Below, in pieces: positions 50,447-61,269 of a DNA stretch of 64,000 nt. The notes beneath the pieces were generated by a model. It had not been told where the DNA came from. It worked only from the letters and a program-made list of their open reading frames with translations, and searched no databases. Where the stretch lies: contig OZ241907.1 in NCBI GenBank assembly GCA_965203515.1, positions 3,776,001-3,840,000 of the forward strand. The letters are read 5' to 3'. How positions within the stretch are numbered: position 1 is the stretch's first letter; each line of letters begins with the position of its first letter. Made by a program: the position numbers and the translations under genes. Origin of the DNA: Spirochaetia bacterium (GTDB lineage Bacteria > Spirochaetota > Spirochaetia > SZUA-6 > Bin103).

Positions 50447-51523
50447 ATGTCCGAGCTGACCGCCGCCCTGATCGGGCTTCGCCATCCGCATTCGGCCGGT
50501 CACCTGCGCACGCTCGACTGCCTGCCGGAGGTGACCCGCATCGTGCTCTGGGACGAGGACCCCGCCGCCGCCGGCGACCTGCGCGGCGAAGCGCTCGACA
50601 CGCCGGTCGAGCCGGCCGCCAGCCTGGCGGAGCTGCTGGCCCGCCGCGACCTCGACTTCGTGGTCGCCGCCGAGCGCAACGACCGCAACCCGGACCTGTT
50701 CGCGGCGGTGCTGGAGGCCGGCCACCACCTGCTGGCGGAGAAGCCGTTCGGCCGCACCGCCGGCGACGCGCGGCGCGTGGTTGCCGCCGCCGAGCGGGCG
50801 GGCCGCACGCTGTCGGTCTTCTACACCAACCGCTTCAACCCGCTGGTGGCGGAGGCGCAGCGACTGGTGCGCGCCGGGGCGCTCGGCACGCTCTACTCGC
50901 TGGAGGTCCGCATGCTCACCACGCAGGTGCGCTTCCGCGGCCCCGATCACTGGCTGTTCGACCGCGCCGCCGCCGGCGGCGGCATGCTCTCCTGGCTCGG
51001 CTGCCATTCGCTCGATCTCATGCAGTTCCTGACCGGCGACCCGATCGTGTCGGTCGCGGCGGAGGTCGCCACGCGCGGCGGCGACGGCATCGACGTGGAA
51101 GACGCCGCGACCCTGTCGATGCGCCTCGGTTCCGGCGCGCTGGCGTCGCTGCACGCCGCGTACGTACTGGCGCTCGGCGGCGGCGGGTTCTACAACCCCG
51201 CCGGCTACGACCAGCACTTCGGCGTGTACGGCCGCCAGGGCCGGCTGTGGTGGGACGACCACGGCCCGCCGGAGCTCCGCCTGGAGAGCCGCGCGCCGGG
51301 GTTCGCGGCGGCGCCGCGGCGCACCTTCACCTTCACCCCCGCCGAGTCGCGCGCCTACGGGGGCGGCTACGGCGAGCGGTTCGTGCGCGCCTTCATCGCC
51401 GCCACGCGGGACGAAGGGCCGGCGCCGTGCCCGGGCGAGGCGGCGGTGCGCGTTGCCCTGATCGTCGACGCGGCCTACGAGTCGGCCCGCACCGGACGGC
51501 GGGTGGCGGTCCCGTCGGCGTAG
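50447..51523 (+). CDS. Gfo/Idh/MocA oxidoreductase
   Basis: [34 protein letters not shown]. Confidence 0.9.
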   Translation: MSELTAALIGLRHPHSAGHLRTLDCLPEVTRIVLWDEDPAAAGDLRGEALDTPVEPAASLAELLARRDLDFVVAAERNDRNPDLFAAVLEAGHHLLAEKPFGRTAGDARRVVAAAERAGRTLSVFYTNRFNPLVAEAQRLVRAGALGTLYSLEVRMLTTQVRFRGPDHWLFDRAAAGGGMLSWLGCHSLDLMQFLTGDPIVSVAAEVATRGGDGIDVEDAATLSMRLGSGALASLHAAYVLALGGGGFYNPAGYDQHFGVYGRQGRLWWDDHGPPELRLESRAPGFAAAPRRTFTFTPAESRAYGGGYGERFVRAFIAATRDEGPAPCPGEAAVRVALIVDAAYESARTGRRVAVPSA

Positions 51524-51641
51524 TGGCCCGCCGGCGCAGTGGCCCCGCCGGCGCAGTGGCCCCGCCGGCGCAGTGGCCCCGCCGGCGCAGTGGCCCCGCC
51601 GGCGCAGTGGCCCCGCCGGCGCAGTGGCCCTGCCGGCGCAG
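51522..51641. repeat. Tandem repeat, 7 x 17 bp (AGTGGCCCCGCCGGCGC)
   Basis: Five perfect units; the first unit is 1 nt shorter and the last has one substitution. Confidence 0.95.
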
Positions 51642-51752
51642 CTCCCTGAGCCGGCAGGCTGCCCCGATTCGCCGCGCCGATCTTTGACTTCCTCAGCCGA
51701 GCCATGCCAAGCTCGCGCAACGCAAAACCACCCATCATCTGGAGGCCGTGCA

Positions 51753-52793
51753 ATGAATCGCAGTCGACTGATCGCCGTTTCGGCAATCGCCCTGGTCCTG
51801 GGCGCGGGCTACGCCCAAGCTCAGGTCATGGCCGTGCAGGGGATGAAGGCCGACCTCGTCCTGCTGCCGAAGTTCATCGGCATCCTGGTCTTCGACCAGG
51901 CGCACGCCGGAGCTCGGGAGGCGCACGAGGAGCTCGGCAATCCGGGTACGCTGGAGTTCATCGGTCCCACCCCGGAGAACAGCGTAGCGGGGCAGATCGA
52001 GATCGTGACGACCGCCACCACGCAGGGCCAGGACGGCATCATGATCTCCAACAACGCCGGCGACCAGATCGCCCCCGCCGCCCGCGCCGCCCGCGCCAGG
52101 GGGCTGACGGTGGTGACGTGGGACTCTCAGATCCCGTCGGCGGAGGGCGAGCAGGTCTTCGTCGCCCAGGTCGACTTCGATGAGACCGGGGTGGTGATGG
52201 CCGACATGGCGCTCAACATTCTGGGCGCAGGCGGCGGCGACTTCGCCGTCCTCTCCGCGACCCCGGACGCCGCCAACCAGAACTCCTGGATCGCCGCCAT
52301 GGAGAACGCCCTCGAGGATCCGAAGTACGCCGCGCTCAATCTCGTCGACGTGGTCTACGGGGACGATCAGTCGGAGAAGAGCTACAACCAAGCGTTGGCG
52401 CTCATCGACAAGTATCCGAACATGGAGCTGATCATGGCCCCGACCACGGTCGGCATCGCCGCCGCCGCCAAGGCGCTGCAGGACGAGGACCTCTGCGACG
52501 AGATCAAGGTGAGCGGCCTTGGCCTGCCGGCGGAGATGGTGAGCTTCACCATGAACGGCTGCGCCCCGGAGTTCGCGCTCTGGAGCTTCGTCGACCTCGG
52601 CTACCTCACCTACTACGTCACCTATCTCATCGCCACCGGGCAGATGGAAGGAGTCGTGGGCGAGACCTTCGAGGCCGGGCGCATGGGGACCTACACCATC
52701 CATGAAGACCCGACCAGAGAGCAGGGACTGCGGGTGCTGATGGGGCCGTTCACGGTCTACGACCGGAACAACGTGGAGGCCGCGGCTCGCTGA
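51753..52793 (+). CDS. Sugar ABC substrate-binding protein (rhamnose/AI-2 type)
   Basis: LLPKFIG...[48 protein letters not shown]. Confidence 0.88.
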   Translation: MNRSRLIAVSAIALVLGAGYAQAQVMAVQGMKADLVLLPKFIGILVFDQAHAGAREAHEELGNPGTLEFIGPTPENSVAGQIEIVTTATTQGQDGIMISNNAGDQIAPAARAARARGLTVVTWDSQIPSAEGEQVFVAQVDFDETGVVMADMALNILGAGGGDFAVLSATPDAANQNSWIAAMENALEDPKYAALNLVDVVYGDDQSEKSYNQALALIDKYPNMELIMAPTTVGIAAAAKALQDEDLCDEIKVSGLGLPAEMVSFTMNGCAPEFALWSFVDLGYLTYYVTYLIATGQMEGVVGETFEAGRMGTYTIHEDPTREQGLRVLMGPFTVYDRNNVEAAAR

Positions 52794-52827
52794 CACGGCG
52801 CTGCGCGCGCCCCATGAGCTCCGCCCC

Positions 52828-54405
52828 GTGACGGAGGGAGCGGCGGGAGCCGGCGGCGCGCCGGCCGCTCGCTCCCCCGCCGCGCCGGTGCTCGAGGTGC
52901 GCGGTCTCTCCAAGCGCTTCGACATGACGCAGGCGCTCCGGGGCGTCTCCCTGTCGCTCCATGCGGGCGAGGTCCACGCCCTGGTCGGCGAGAACGGCGC
53001 CGGCAAGTCGACCTTCATCAAGATCCTGACCGGCGTCGAACGGAGCGACGCCGGGGAAGTGATCGTGGGCGGCGCGGCCGTGCGCCTTGCCAACGCCCAG
53101 GAGGCGCAGGCGAGCGGGCTGGCGGCCGTCTACCAGGAGCCGCTGCTGTTCCCCGATCTCGACGTGGCCGAAAACATCTTCATCACCCACCGCGAGCAAG
53201 GGCTGCTGGTCAACTGGAGGCGCCGGTACGCGGACGCCGAGGAGATCCTGCTGAGCCTTGGCGTCCGGCTCGACGTGCGGGCGCCGGCCCGCGGGCTCAC
53301 GCTGGCGGCGCAGCAGCAGGTGGAGATCGCCAAGGCGATCTCGCTCGACGTGAAGGTGCTCATCATGGACGAGCCGACCGCATCGCTCTCCGAACATGAA
53401 GTCGAGCAGCTCTTCCGGGTGGCCCGCCAGTTGCGCGACCGGGGGGTGGCGGTGATCTTCATCACCCACCGGCTGGAGGAAGTGTTCCGCATCGCGGACC
53501 GGATCACGGTGTTGCGCGACGGCCGGCACGTCTCCACCCGCCTCGCGGCGGAGGTGACGCGGGACCTGCTGATCCGCGACATGGTCGGCCGGGACGTGAG
53601 CCATTTCTACGGGGTCCGGCCGGCGCGGACGATCGGCAAGCGGGTGTGTCGCGTGCGCGGCCTTGGCCTGGAGGGGGTCTTTGCCGGGATCGACTTCGAC
53701 CTGCACGCCGGCGAGGTGCTGGGATTTGCGGGGCTGGTCGGGTCGCGCCGCACGGACGTGGGCCTTGCCCTGTTCGGCATGCAGCCGGCCGACCGCGGCG
53801 CCGTCGAGATCGACGGCCGGGAAGGGCGGATCGCCTCGCCCCGGGCCGCCCAGCAGCTCGGCATCGCCTACATGACCGAGGACCGCCGCAAGTTCGGGCT
53901 TGCCATGCCGCTGTCGATCACGGCCAACGTGACGTTGCCGGTGCTCCGCCGCTATCTCTCCCGGATCGGCCTCATCCGCCCCGCCCGGGAAGCGGCGGCG
54001 GCCGAAGGGTTCCGGCAACGGTTGCGGATCAAGGCGCCCTCCGTGGCGCACGTGGTCGGCAAGCTTTCCGGCGGCAACCAGCAGAAGGTGATGTTCGGCA
54101 AGTGGCTCAATACCCGGCCGAGGATCCTCGTCCTCGACGAGCCGACCCGGGGGATCGACGTCGGGGCCAAGGCCGAGGTTCACGCCATGGTGCGCGAGCT
54201 GGCCGGGGAAGGGATGGCGATCATCTTCATCTCCTCCGATCTGCCGGAGGTGCTGGCGATGAGCGACCGCACCCTGGTCATGCGCGAGGGGCGGCAGATG
54301 GGCATCCTGGGGCGGGACGAAGCGACCCAGGAGGCGGTCATGTCGCTGGCGACCGGCGAGCGGGGCCGGACGGCGGCCGCCGCCGCAGAGGATACGGCGT
54401 CGTGA
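52828..54405 (+). CDS. Sugar ABC ATP-binding protein (two NBDs)
   Basis: [35 protein letters not shown]. Confidence 0.95.
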   Translation: MTEGAAGAGGAPAARSPAAPVLEVRGLSKRFDMTQALRGVSLSLHAGEVHALVGENGAGKSTFIKILTGVERSDAGEVIVGGAAVRLANAQEAQASGLAAVYQEPLLFPDLDVAENIFITHREQGLLVNWRRRYADAEEILLSLGVRLDVRAPARGLTLAAQQQVEIAKAISLDVKVLIMDEPTASLSEHEVEQLFRVARQLRDRGVAVIFITHRLEEVFRIADRITVLRDGRHVSTRLAAEVTRDLLIRDMVGRDVSHFYGVRPARTIGKRVCRVRGLGLEGVFAGIDFDLHAGEVLGFAGLVGSRRTDVGLALFGMQPADRGAVEIDGREGRIASPRAAQQLGIAYMTEDRRKFGLAMPLSITANVTLPVLRRYLSRIGLIRPAREAAAAEGFRQRLRIKAPSVAHVVGKLSGGNQQKVMFGKWLNTRPRILVLDEPTRGIDVGAKAEVHAMVRELAGEGMAIIFISSDLPEVLAMSDRTLVMREGRQMGILGRDEATQEAVMSLATGERGRTAAAAAEDTAS

Positions 54406-55391
54406 GACCGGGCGCCGGCCGCCTGCGCGCGGAGACGCGGCGCGAGGGCGTGCTGGTCCTGCTCATCGTGCTGGTGCTGGCCGGGTTCTCCCTGTTCATC
54501 GAGAACTATCTGAGCGCTCGCCTCTTCAATCGAGTGTCGGCCAGCGTCACGATCCTGGCCGTCATCGCCATCGGCCAGACGCTGGTGGTGCTCACCCGCA
54601 ACATCGACCTTTCGGTCAGCTCCGTCGTCGGCTTCACCGCCTACTTCGTGGGCCGCCAGCTCTCGCTCGCCAACGACATCCATCCGCTCGCGGCGGTGCT
54701 GATCTGCATCGGCCTGGGAGCCGCGCTCGGCGCCTGCAACGGCGTACTGGTCGCCTACTGCCGGGTGCCCGCCATCATCGTCACCCTCGGCACCCTTGCC
54801 CTCTACCGCACCCTGCTGGTCGAGTACTCCGGCGCGCAGACGGTCCTCACGGTCGACCTGCCCCAGTGGCTGCTCGATCTCCCGCGCCTCAACGTGGTGA
54901 GCTGGGGACGGTTGCATCTGCGGGTGGTGGTGGTGGTCATGCTGGCCGTGGCGGTCTTCTTCCAGCTCCTGCTCCGGTACTCCTCGTTCGGCCGGCGGCT
55001 CTACGCGATCGGTTCGAACCCCGACGCCGCCCGCAGCGCCGGATTTCCGACCCGGCGGCTCGTGTTCTCCGCCTTCACGCTGTGCGGGGCGCTGGCCGGG
55101 CTGGCCGGTTTCCTCTTCCTGGCCCGGTTCGGCAACATCACGGTGGTGGCGGGTCTCGGCCTGGAACTCAAGTCGGTGGCCGCGGTGGTCGTGGGCGGCG
55201 TCAACATCTTCGGCGGCTCCGGCAGCATCCTCGGCGCCGTGCTGGGAGCGATCCTCATCGATCTCCTCGAAAACAGTCTCATCCGCTCCCTGCAGGTGAG
55301 CGAGTTCCTGCGCGACGCCCTGCTCGGCCTGCTGATCCTGGCCTCGGTCGCGCTCGACAGCGTGCTCATGAAGCGCCGGCGGAACCGATGA
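54402..55391 (+). CDS. Sugar ABC permease
   Basis: [35 protein letters not shown]. Confidence 0.92.
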   Translation: MRPGAGRLRAETRREGVLVLLIVLVLAGFSLFIENYLSARLFNRVSASVTILAVIAIGQTLVVLTRNIDLSVSSVVGFTAYFVGRQLSLANDIHPLAAVLICIGLGAALGACNGVLVAYCRVPAIIVTLGTLALYRTLLVEYSGAQTVLTVDLPQWLLDLPRLNVVSWGRLHLRVVVVVMLAVAVFFQLLLRYSSFGRRLYAIGSNPDAARSAGFPTRRLVFSAFTLCGALAGLAGFLFLARFGNITVVAGLGLELKSVAAVVVGGVNIFGGSGSILGAVLGAILIDLLENSLIRSLQVSEFLRDALLGLLILASVALDSVLMKRRRNR

Positions 55392-56368
55392 GCGGCATGG
55401 CGGCCGCGATCGGCGCCCGACTCAGGAGCTGGGAGGGATTCCTGGCCGCGCTGCTGCTCCTCATCGTCGGGATGAACGCCGTCACCTCCCCGTCCTTCCT
55501 CAGCGTCGACAACCAGATCAACCTCTTCGCGCTCTCGATCGAGAAGGTGATCGTCGCCCTCATCATGACCTTCGTGATCCTGAACGGAGAGATCGACCTC
55601 TCGGTCGCGTCGATGATGGGGCTCTCCGCCTGCGCCCTCGGCTGGCTGATCCAGCAGGGCGTCCCCACGCCGGCGGCGCTGGTCATCTGCCTCCTGGTCG
55701 GGATTCTCGGCGGCGCGTTCAACGGGTTCTGGATCACCGCGGTGCGCCTGCCGTCGCTGGTGGTGACGCTGGCGATGCTGATCGGCTTTCGGGGATTCGC
55801 CCGCGTGCTCATCGAAGACCGGTCGATCAAGGAGTTCCCGGCCTGGTTCGAGGCGCTCGGCCAGCAGCCGCTGCTCGGCCCGTTCCCGCTCTCCCTGCTG
55901 GTCTTCTTCGGCCTGCTGGTGCTGGCGGTGATCGTCCTGCGGTACAGCGGGTTCGGCCGGCAGGTGCAGGTCATCGGCATCAACCAGGAGGTCGCCCGCT
56001 ACTCCGGCATCGACGTCGCGCGGGTCAAGCTGCTCCTGTTCACGACCTCCGGGCTGCTCTCCGCGCTGGCGGGAATCCTGTTCGCGGCGCGCCTCGGCAC
56101 CGTGCGGGGGGACATGGGGCTCGGCTTCGAGCTCGACATCATCACGATCGTGCTGCTCGGCGGGGTGAGCATCTTCGGCGGCGCCGGGTCGATCTACGGC
56201 GTGCTCCTGTCGATCCTCATCGTGCTCTACCTGCGCAACGGCATGTCGCTCAGCAACATCACCGGGCACCTGCAGGCCGGCGTGATCGGCATCATCCTCA
56301 TCCTGTCCGCCATGATCCCGAACGTGCGCAGCTTTCTGGCCCGCGTCGCGGGCTCGGGGCGCCGCTGA
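55388..56368 (+). CDS. Sugar ABC permease
   Basis: [34 protein letters not shown]. Confidence 0.92.
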   Translation: MSGMAAAIGARLRSWEGFLAALLLLIVGMNAVTSPSFLSVDNQINLFALSIEKVIVALIMTFVILNGEIDLSVASMMGLSACALGWLIQQGVPTPAALVICLLVGILGGAFNGFWITAVRLPSLVVTLAMLIGFRGFARVLIEDRSIKEFPAWFEALGQQPLLGPFPLSLLVFFGLLVLAVIVLRYSGFGRQVQVIGINQEVARYSGIDVARVKLLLFTTSGLLSALAGILFAARLGTVRGDMGLGFELDIITIVLLGGVSIFGGAGSIYGVLLSILIVLYLRNGMSLSNITGHLQAGVIGIILILSAMIPNVRSFLARVAGSGRR

Positions 56369-56463
56369 TCGGCGTGCGACCGCTTGCATGACTCGGCCGT
56401 TTCGCCGAGCATGCTCATCACGCGCGGCGCGCGCCGCGCACCGACCGATACGGAGGAGTCAAG

Positions 56464-57450
56464 GTGCGACGAGTATTCTGTGCGGGAGCGATCGCCCTGT
56501 TGTGCGCGGTCGCCGCCGCGGCCCAGATCAAGCCGGCCGTCGTGTACGACGTCGGCAGCAAGTTCGACAAGTCGTTCAACGAGGGCGTCTACAACGGCGC
56601 CGAGCGGTTCACGGAGGAGACCGGCGTCGCCTACGCCGAGTTCCAGATCTCCACCGAGGCGCAGCGCGAGCAGGCGCTGCGCAACTTCGCGCGCCGCGGC
56701 TACAGCCCGATCATCGCCGTCGGCTTCAGTCAGGCGCCGGCGCTGGACAAGGTGGCCGCCGAGTACCCGGACACCAGCTTCTCGATCATCGACATGGTCG
56801 TGGATCGCCCCAACGTGCAGTCGATCGTGTTCAAGGAGCATGAAGGATCGTTTCTGGTCGGCATGATCGCCGCCCTGTCGTCGGAGACCGGCACGGTCGG
56901 CTTTGTCGGCGGCATGGACATACCGTTGATCCGGCGGTTCGCCTGCGGCTACGAGCAGGGGGTGAGGTACGTCGACCCGGACGCCGAGATCTACCAGAAC
57001 ATGGCCGGCACCACGCCGGCGGCGTGGACCGATCCGGTCAAGGGCGCGGAGCTGGCCAAGTCGCAGTTCGACCGCGGCGCGGACGTGGTGTTCGCCGCGG
57101 CCGGCGCCACCGGGCTCGGCGTGCTGCAGGCGGCCGCCGACGGCGGCAAGCTGTCGATCGGCGTCGACTCCAACCAGAACTACCTGCACCCGGGATCGGT
57201 GCTGACCTCGATGCTCAAGCGGGTCGACGTGGCCGCCTACGACGTCTACAAGAGCGCCATGGATGATGCCTGGGAGCCGGGCGTCCGCGTCCTGGGCTTG
57301 GCCGAGGACGGCGTGGGCTGGGCGCTGGACGAGCACAACGAGTCGCTGATCAGCGCGGAGACGGCCGAGCGCGTGGAGGCCGCCCGGTCGGCCATCGTCG
57401 CCGGCGAGATACCGGTCCACGACTACATGGCGACCAACTCCTGCCCGTAG
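56464..57450 (+). CDS. BMP-family (nucleoside) ABC substrate-binding protein
   Basis: DKSFNE, FKEHEGSFLVG, GFVGGM, GADVVFAAAG, IGVDSNQ, SMLKRVD. Confidence 0.93.
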   Translation: MRRVFCAGAIALLCAVAAAAQIKPAVVYDVGSKFDKSFNEGVYNGAERFTEETGVAYAEFQISTEAQREQALRNFARRGYSPIIAVGFSQAPALDKVAAEYPDTSFSIIDMVVDRPNVQSIVFKEHEGSFLVGMIAALSSETGTVGFVGGMDIPLIRRFACGYEQGVRYVDPDAEIYQNMAGTTPAAWTDPVKGAELAKSQFDRGADVVFAAAGATGLGVLQAAADGGKLSIGVDSNQNYLHPGSVLTSMLKRVDVAAYDVYKSAMDDAWEPGVRVLGLAEDGVGWALDEHNESLISAETAERVEAARSAIVAGEIPVHDYMATNSCP

Positions 57451-57533
57451 CCGGCGACGAACTGCACGGCGACGGCCCGCACGGCGACGGCCCGGACGGG
57501 GATGGCCCGCACGGCGATGCGCCTGCGGTCGCG

Positions 57534-59042
57534 TTGCGCGGCATCGACAAGCGGTTCGGCTCCGTGCAGGCCAACCGGGGGGTGTCGCTGGAGATAGCGC
57601 GGGGGTCGATCCACGGCATCGTCGGCGAGAACGGCGCCGGCAAGTCGACCCTGATGAGCATCCTCTACGGGTTCTACCGGGCGGACGCCGGCGCCATCGA
57701 GGTGGGAGGCCGCCCGGCGGCGATCGCCAGCCCGCGCGACGCGATCGCCGCCGGCATCGGCATGGTCCATCAGCACTTCATGCTGGTGGAGCCGCTCACG
57801 GTGGTGGAGAACGTCCTGTTGGGCGTCGAGGGGGGAGCGCGGCTGACCCCCGGCCTGCGCCGCGCGCGCGCGGCGCTGATCCGCCTGGCGCAGGAGTACG
57901 GTCTGGAGGTCGATCTCGACGCCGCGGTCGGGGACCTGCCGGTCGGCATCCAGCAGCGCGTGGAGATCCTCAAGGCGCTCTACCGCGGCGCCGAGACCCT
58001 GATCCTGGACGAGCCGACCGGCGTGCTGACGCCGCAGGAGGCCGACGAGCTGTTCCGCATTCTGGCCGCGTTGCAACGTCAGGGCCGCACCATGATCCTG
58101 ATCACCCACAAGCTGCGCGAGATCATGGCGGTCACCGATCGGGTGACGGTGATGCGGCGCGGCGAGGTGGTCGCCAACGTGCGGACCGCCGAGACTTCGC
58201 AGGAGCGTCTGGCGGAGCTGATGGTGGGCCGCAAGGTGCTGTTTCGGGTAGAGAAGCGCCCCGCCGAGCCGGGCGGCGTGATGCTCCGGGCCGACCGTCT
58301 GAGCTATACCGACCCGGCCGGCGTGCGCCGCGTGCGGGACGTGAGCCTGGCCGTGCGCGCGGGCGAGATCGTCGGCATCGCCGGCGTGGCCGGCAACGGC
58401 CAGTCGGAGCTGCTGGCGCTGCTGGCCGGGATCGCGCAGCCGGACGCCGGCACGGTGCAGGTGCGCGGCCGCGTGGTGCGCGACGAACGGGCCGCGGCCG
58501 ACGCGCGCCGCATGCGCCATGCCGGCCTGGGCCACGTGCCGGAGGACCGGCAGCGCATGGGCCTGGTCGCCGGCTTCGCGGCCTGCGAATCGGCCATCCT
58601 GGGCTACCATCGCGACCGCGCCTACAACGGCGCGCTGCTGATGCACCGCCGCCGCGTCGTCGCGGCGTCCCGGCGGCAGATGGCGGAGTTCGACGTCCGG
58701 CCGGCCGATCCGCTGCTCCGCAGCGACGCCTTTTCCGGCGGCAACCAGCAGAAGATCATCGTCTCCCGCGAGCTCGACCGCGACCCTGACGTCCTGCTCA
58801 TCGGCCAGCCGACGCGCGGCCTCGACATCGGCGCGATCGAGTTCATCCACCGCCGCCTGATCCTGCTGCGCGACCGCGGCATGGCGATCCTGCTGGTGTC
58901 GGTCGAGCTGGACGAGATCATGGCGTTGAGCGACCGCATCCTGGTGATGTTCGAGGGCGCCATCGCCGGCGAGGTGGCGGGCCGCGACGCATCCGAGCAG
59001 GTCATCGGCCCGTTGATGGCCGGCGTCGGCGCGGCGGCCTGA
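57534..59042 (+). CDS. Nucleoside ABC ATP-binding protein
   Basis: [42 protein letters not shown]; start uncertain. Confidence 0.93.
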   Translation: MRGIDKRFGSVQANRGVSLEIARGSIHGIVGENGAGKSTLMSILYGFYRADAGAIEVGGRPAAIASPRDAIAAGIGMVHQHFMLVEPLTVVENVLLGVEGGARLTPGLRRARAALIRLAQEYGLEVDLDAAVGDLPVGIQQRVEILKALYRGAETLILDEPTGVLTPQEADELFRILAALQRQGRTMILITHKLREIMAVTDRVTVMRRGEVVANVRTAETSQERLAELMVGRKVLFRVEKRPAEPGGVMLRADRLSYTDPAGVRRVRDVSLAVRAGEIVGIAGVAGNGQSELLALLAGIAQPDAGTVQVRGRVVRDERAAADARRMRHAGLGHVPEDRQRMGLVAGFAACESAILGYHRDRAYNGALLMHRRRVVAASRRQMAEFDVRPADPLLRSDAFSGGNQQKIIVSRELDRDPDVLLIGQPTRGLDIGAIEFIHRRLILLRDRGMAILLVSVELDEIMALSDRILVMFEGAIAGEVAGRDASEQVIGPLMAGVGAAA

Positions 59043-59079
59043 ACGCCCGCCCCGACGCGCGCCTTGAGGTGACCGGCTG

Positions 59080-60195
59080 ATGGCCGCCGCCGCGCCGGGA
59101 GCGGGCCTGCCGCGGTGGGCGACCGCCGGTCTGCTGCCGCTGGTGAACCTGGCGGCGGCCTTCGTGGTGGCCGGCGTCGTGATCGTGCTGCTCGGCGAAA
59201 GCCCGACCCAGGCGCTGCTGGTGCTGATCCGCGGGGCGTTCGGGTTCCGCGAAGCGTGGGGCTATACCCTCTATTACGCCACCAACTTCATCTTCACCGC
59301 CCTGGCGGTCTCGGTCGCGCTGCATTGCGGCCTGTTCAACATCGGCGGCGAAGGTCAGGGCTACGTCGGCGGCCTTGGCGTCGGTCTGGTCTGCCTGTTC
59401 CTCGACCGGCTGCCGCCGGTAGTGCTGGCGCCGCTGGCGGTCCTGGCCGGCGCCCTGTTCGGCGGACTGTGGGCCTGGATTCCGGGCTATCTGCAGGCCC
59501 GGCGCGGCTCGCACGTCGTCATCACCACCATCATGTTCAACTTCATCGCCGCCGCGCTCATGGTCTATCTGCTGGTGAACGTCCTGATCGACCCCGGTCA
59601 GATGTCGCCGCAGAGCCGCACGTTCGCCGAGCATGCCCGGCTGCCGGCCATGCACGAAGCGCTCGGCTGGCTCGGCATCGACTTTCCGCGCACCCCGCTC
59701 AGCGTGGCGTTTCCGTGGGCGCTGGCGTGCGGGGCGCTGGTATGGGTCTTCATCTGGCACACGCGCTGGGGCTACGAGCTGCGCGCGGTCGGCGCCAACC
59801 CGACCGCGGCGGTGTACGCCGGCATCTCGCCGGCGCGCAACATCGTGCGCGCCATGGCGATCTCCGGCGCGCTGGCCGGCATGATGGGCCTGAACGAGGT
59901 GATGGGGGCGAACCACCGCCTGCTGCTCAACTTCACCGCCGGCTACGGGTTCGTCGGCATCGCCGTATCGCTGATGGGACGCAACCATCCGCTCGGCATC
60001 GTGTTGGCCAGCCTGCTGTTCGGGGCGCTCTATCAGGGCGGCGCCGAGCTGGCGTTCGAGATGCCGCGCGTGAGCCGCGAGCTGGTGGTGGTGATCCAGG
60101 GGCTGGTGATCCTGTTCGTCGGGGCGCTGGAGTACCTGTTCCGGCCGGTGCTGCTCCCCTGGTTTCGCGCCCGGCGGCGGCGGACGGCGGCGTAG
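59080..60195 (+). CDS. Nucleoside ABC permease
   Basis: FNIGGEGQ, ITTIMFN, GYELRAVG, GFVGIAVSLMGRNHP. Confidence 0.93.
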   Translation: MAAAAPGAGLPRWATAGLLPLVNLAAAFVVAGVVIVLLGESPTQALLVLIRGAFGFREAWGYTLYYATNFIFTALAVSVALHCGLFNIGGEGQGYVGGLGVGLVCLFLDRLPPVVLAPLAVLAGALFGGLWAWIPGYLQARRGSHVVITTIMFNFIAAALMVYLLVNVLIDPGQMSPQSRTFAEHARLPAMHEALGWLGIDFPRTPLSVAFPWALACGALVWVFIWHTRWGYELRAVGANPTAAVYAGISPARNIVRAMAISGALAGMMGLNEVMGANHRLLLNFTAGYGFVGIAVSLMGRNHPLGIVLASLLFGALYQGGAELAFEMPRVSRELVVVIQGLVILFVGALEYLFRPVLLPWFRARRRRTAA

Positions 60196-60198
60196 CCG

Positions 60199-61230
60199 AT
60201 GGAGCCGTTCGGGTTCTTCATCCTGCTGCTCGACGCCACCCTCCGCGTGTCGGTGCCGCTGGTGCTGGCGTCGCTGGCGGGGCTCTTCTCGGAACGGTCG
60301 GGGATCGTCGACATCGGCCTGGAGGGCAAGATGCTCGGCGGCGCGTTCGCGGCCGCCGCCGCTTCGTACGCCTGCGCGGAGCTGCTGGCCGGCCTTCCCG
60401 CGCTGCTGCCGGCGGCGGCCTGGGTCGGCCTGGCGGCCGGCATCGCCTGTTCGGTGCTGCTGGCGCTGCTGCACGGCGTGGCGTGCATCCGCTTCCACGG
60501 CAACCAGATCGTCTCCGGCGTGGCGATCAACATCCTCATGTCGGGCCTGACCGTGCTGCTGGCGATCGCCTGGTTCGGACAGGGCGGACGCACGCCGCAG
60601 CTGCCGCCCGAGGGGCGGTTCCGGCCGCTGACGTGGCCGGGCGCGGAGGCGGTTCGGGACGTGCCGGTGATCGGCCACCTGTACGGGGAGCTCCTGTCCG
60701 GCCACAACGTCCTGGTGTACGCGGCGTTTCTGACGGTGCCGCTGGCGTTCCGGGTGATCTATCACACGCGCTTCGGGCTGCGGCTGCGCGCCGTGGGCGA
60801 GAATCCGGAGGCGGTCGACACGGCGGGCATCTCGGTGGCCGCGATCCGGTACCGCGCGGTGCTGGTATGCGGAGCATTGTGCGGGGCGGCCGGCGCCTAC
60901 CTGGCCACCGCCCAGTCGGCGGCGTTCATCCGGGACATGACCGCCGGCAAGGGGTTCATCGCGCTGGCCGCGCTGGTCTTTGGCAAGTGGCGCCCGGTCC
61001 GCACGCTGATCGCCTGCCTGCTGTTCGGATTCCTGGAGGCGGTGGCCGCCCGGCTGCAGGGCGCGTTCGACCTGCAGGCGACCGCCGGCCCGGTGCGCGC
61101 GCTGGTAGAGGCGGCGCCGTTCATCATCGAGGCGCTGCCCTACGCGCTGGTCGTGCTGCTGCTGGCCGGCTTCGTGGGCCGCGCCGTCGCGCCGAAGGCG
61201 ATCGGCGTCCCGTACGTCAAGTCGGGATAG
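60199..61230 (+). CDS. Nucleoside ABC permease
   Basis: SERSGIVDIGLEG, GLRLRAVGENP, GKGFIALAALVFGKW, LPY. Confidence 0.93.
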   Translation: MEPFGFFILLLDATLRVSVPLVLASLAGLFSERSGIVDIGLEGKMLGGAFAAAAASYACAELLAGLPALLPAAAWVGLAAGIACSVLLALLHGVACIRFHGNQIVSGVAINILMSGLTVLLAIAWFGQGGRTPQLPPEGRFRPLTWPGAEAVRDVPVIGHLYGELLSGHNVLVYAAFLTVPLAFRVIYHTRFGLRLRAVGENPEAVDTAGISVAAIRYRAVLVCGALCGAAGAYLATAQSAAFIRDMTAGKGFIALAALVFGKWRPVRTLIACLLFGFLEAVAARLQGAFDLQATAGPVRALVEAAPFIIEALPYALVVLLLAGFVGRAVAPKAIGVPYVKSG

Positions 61231-61269
61231 AGCTCGATGAGGCGCGCCGGACGCCGGCCGGCCGCAGCT

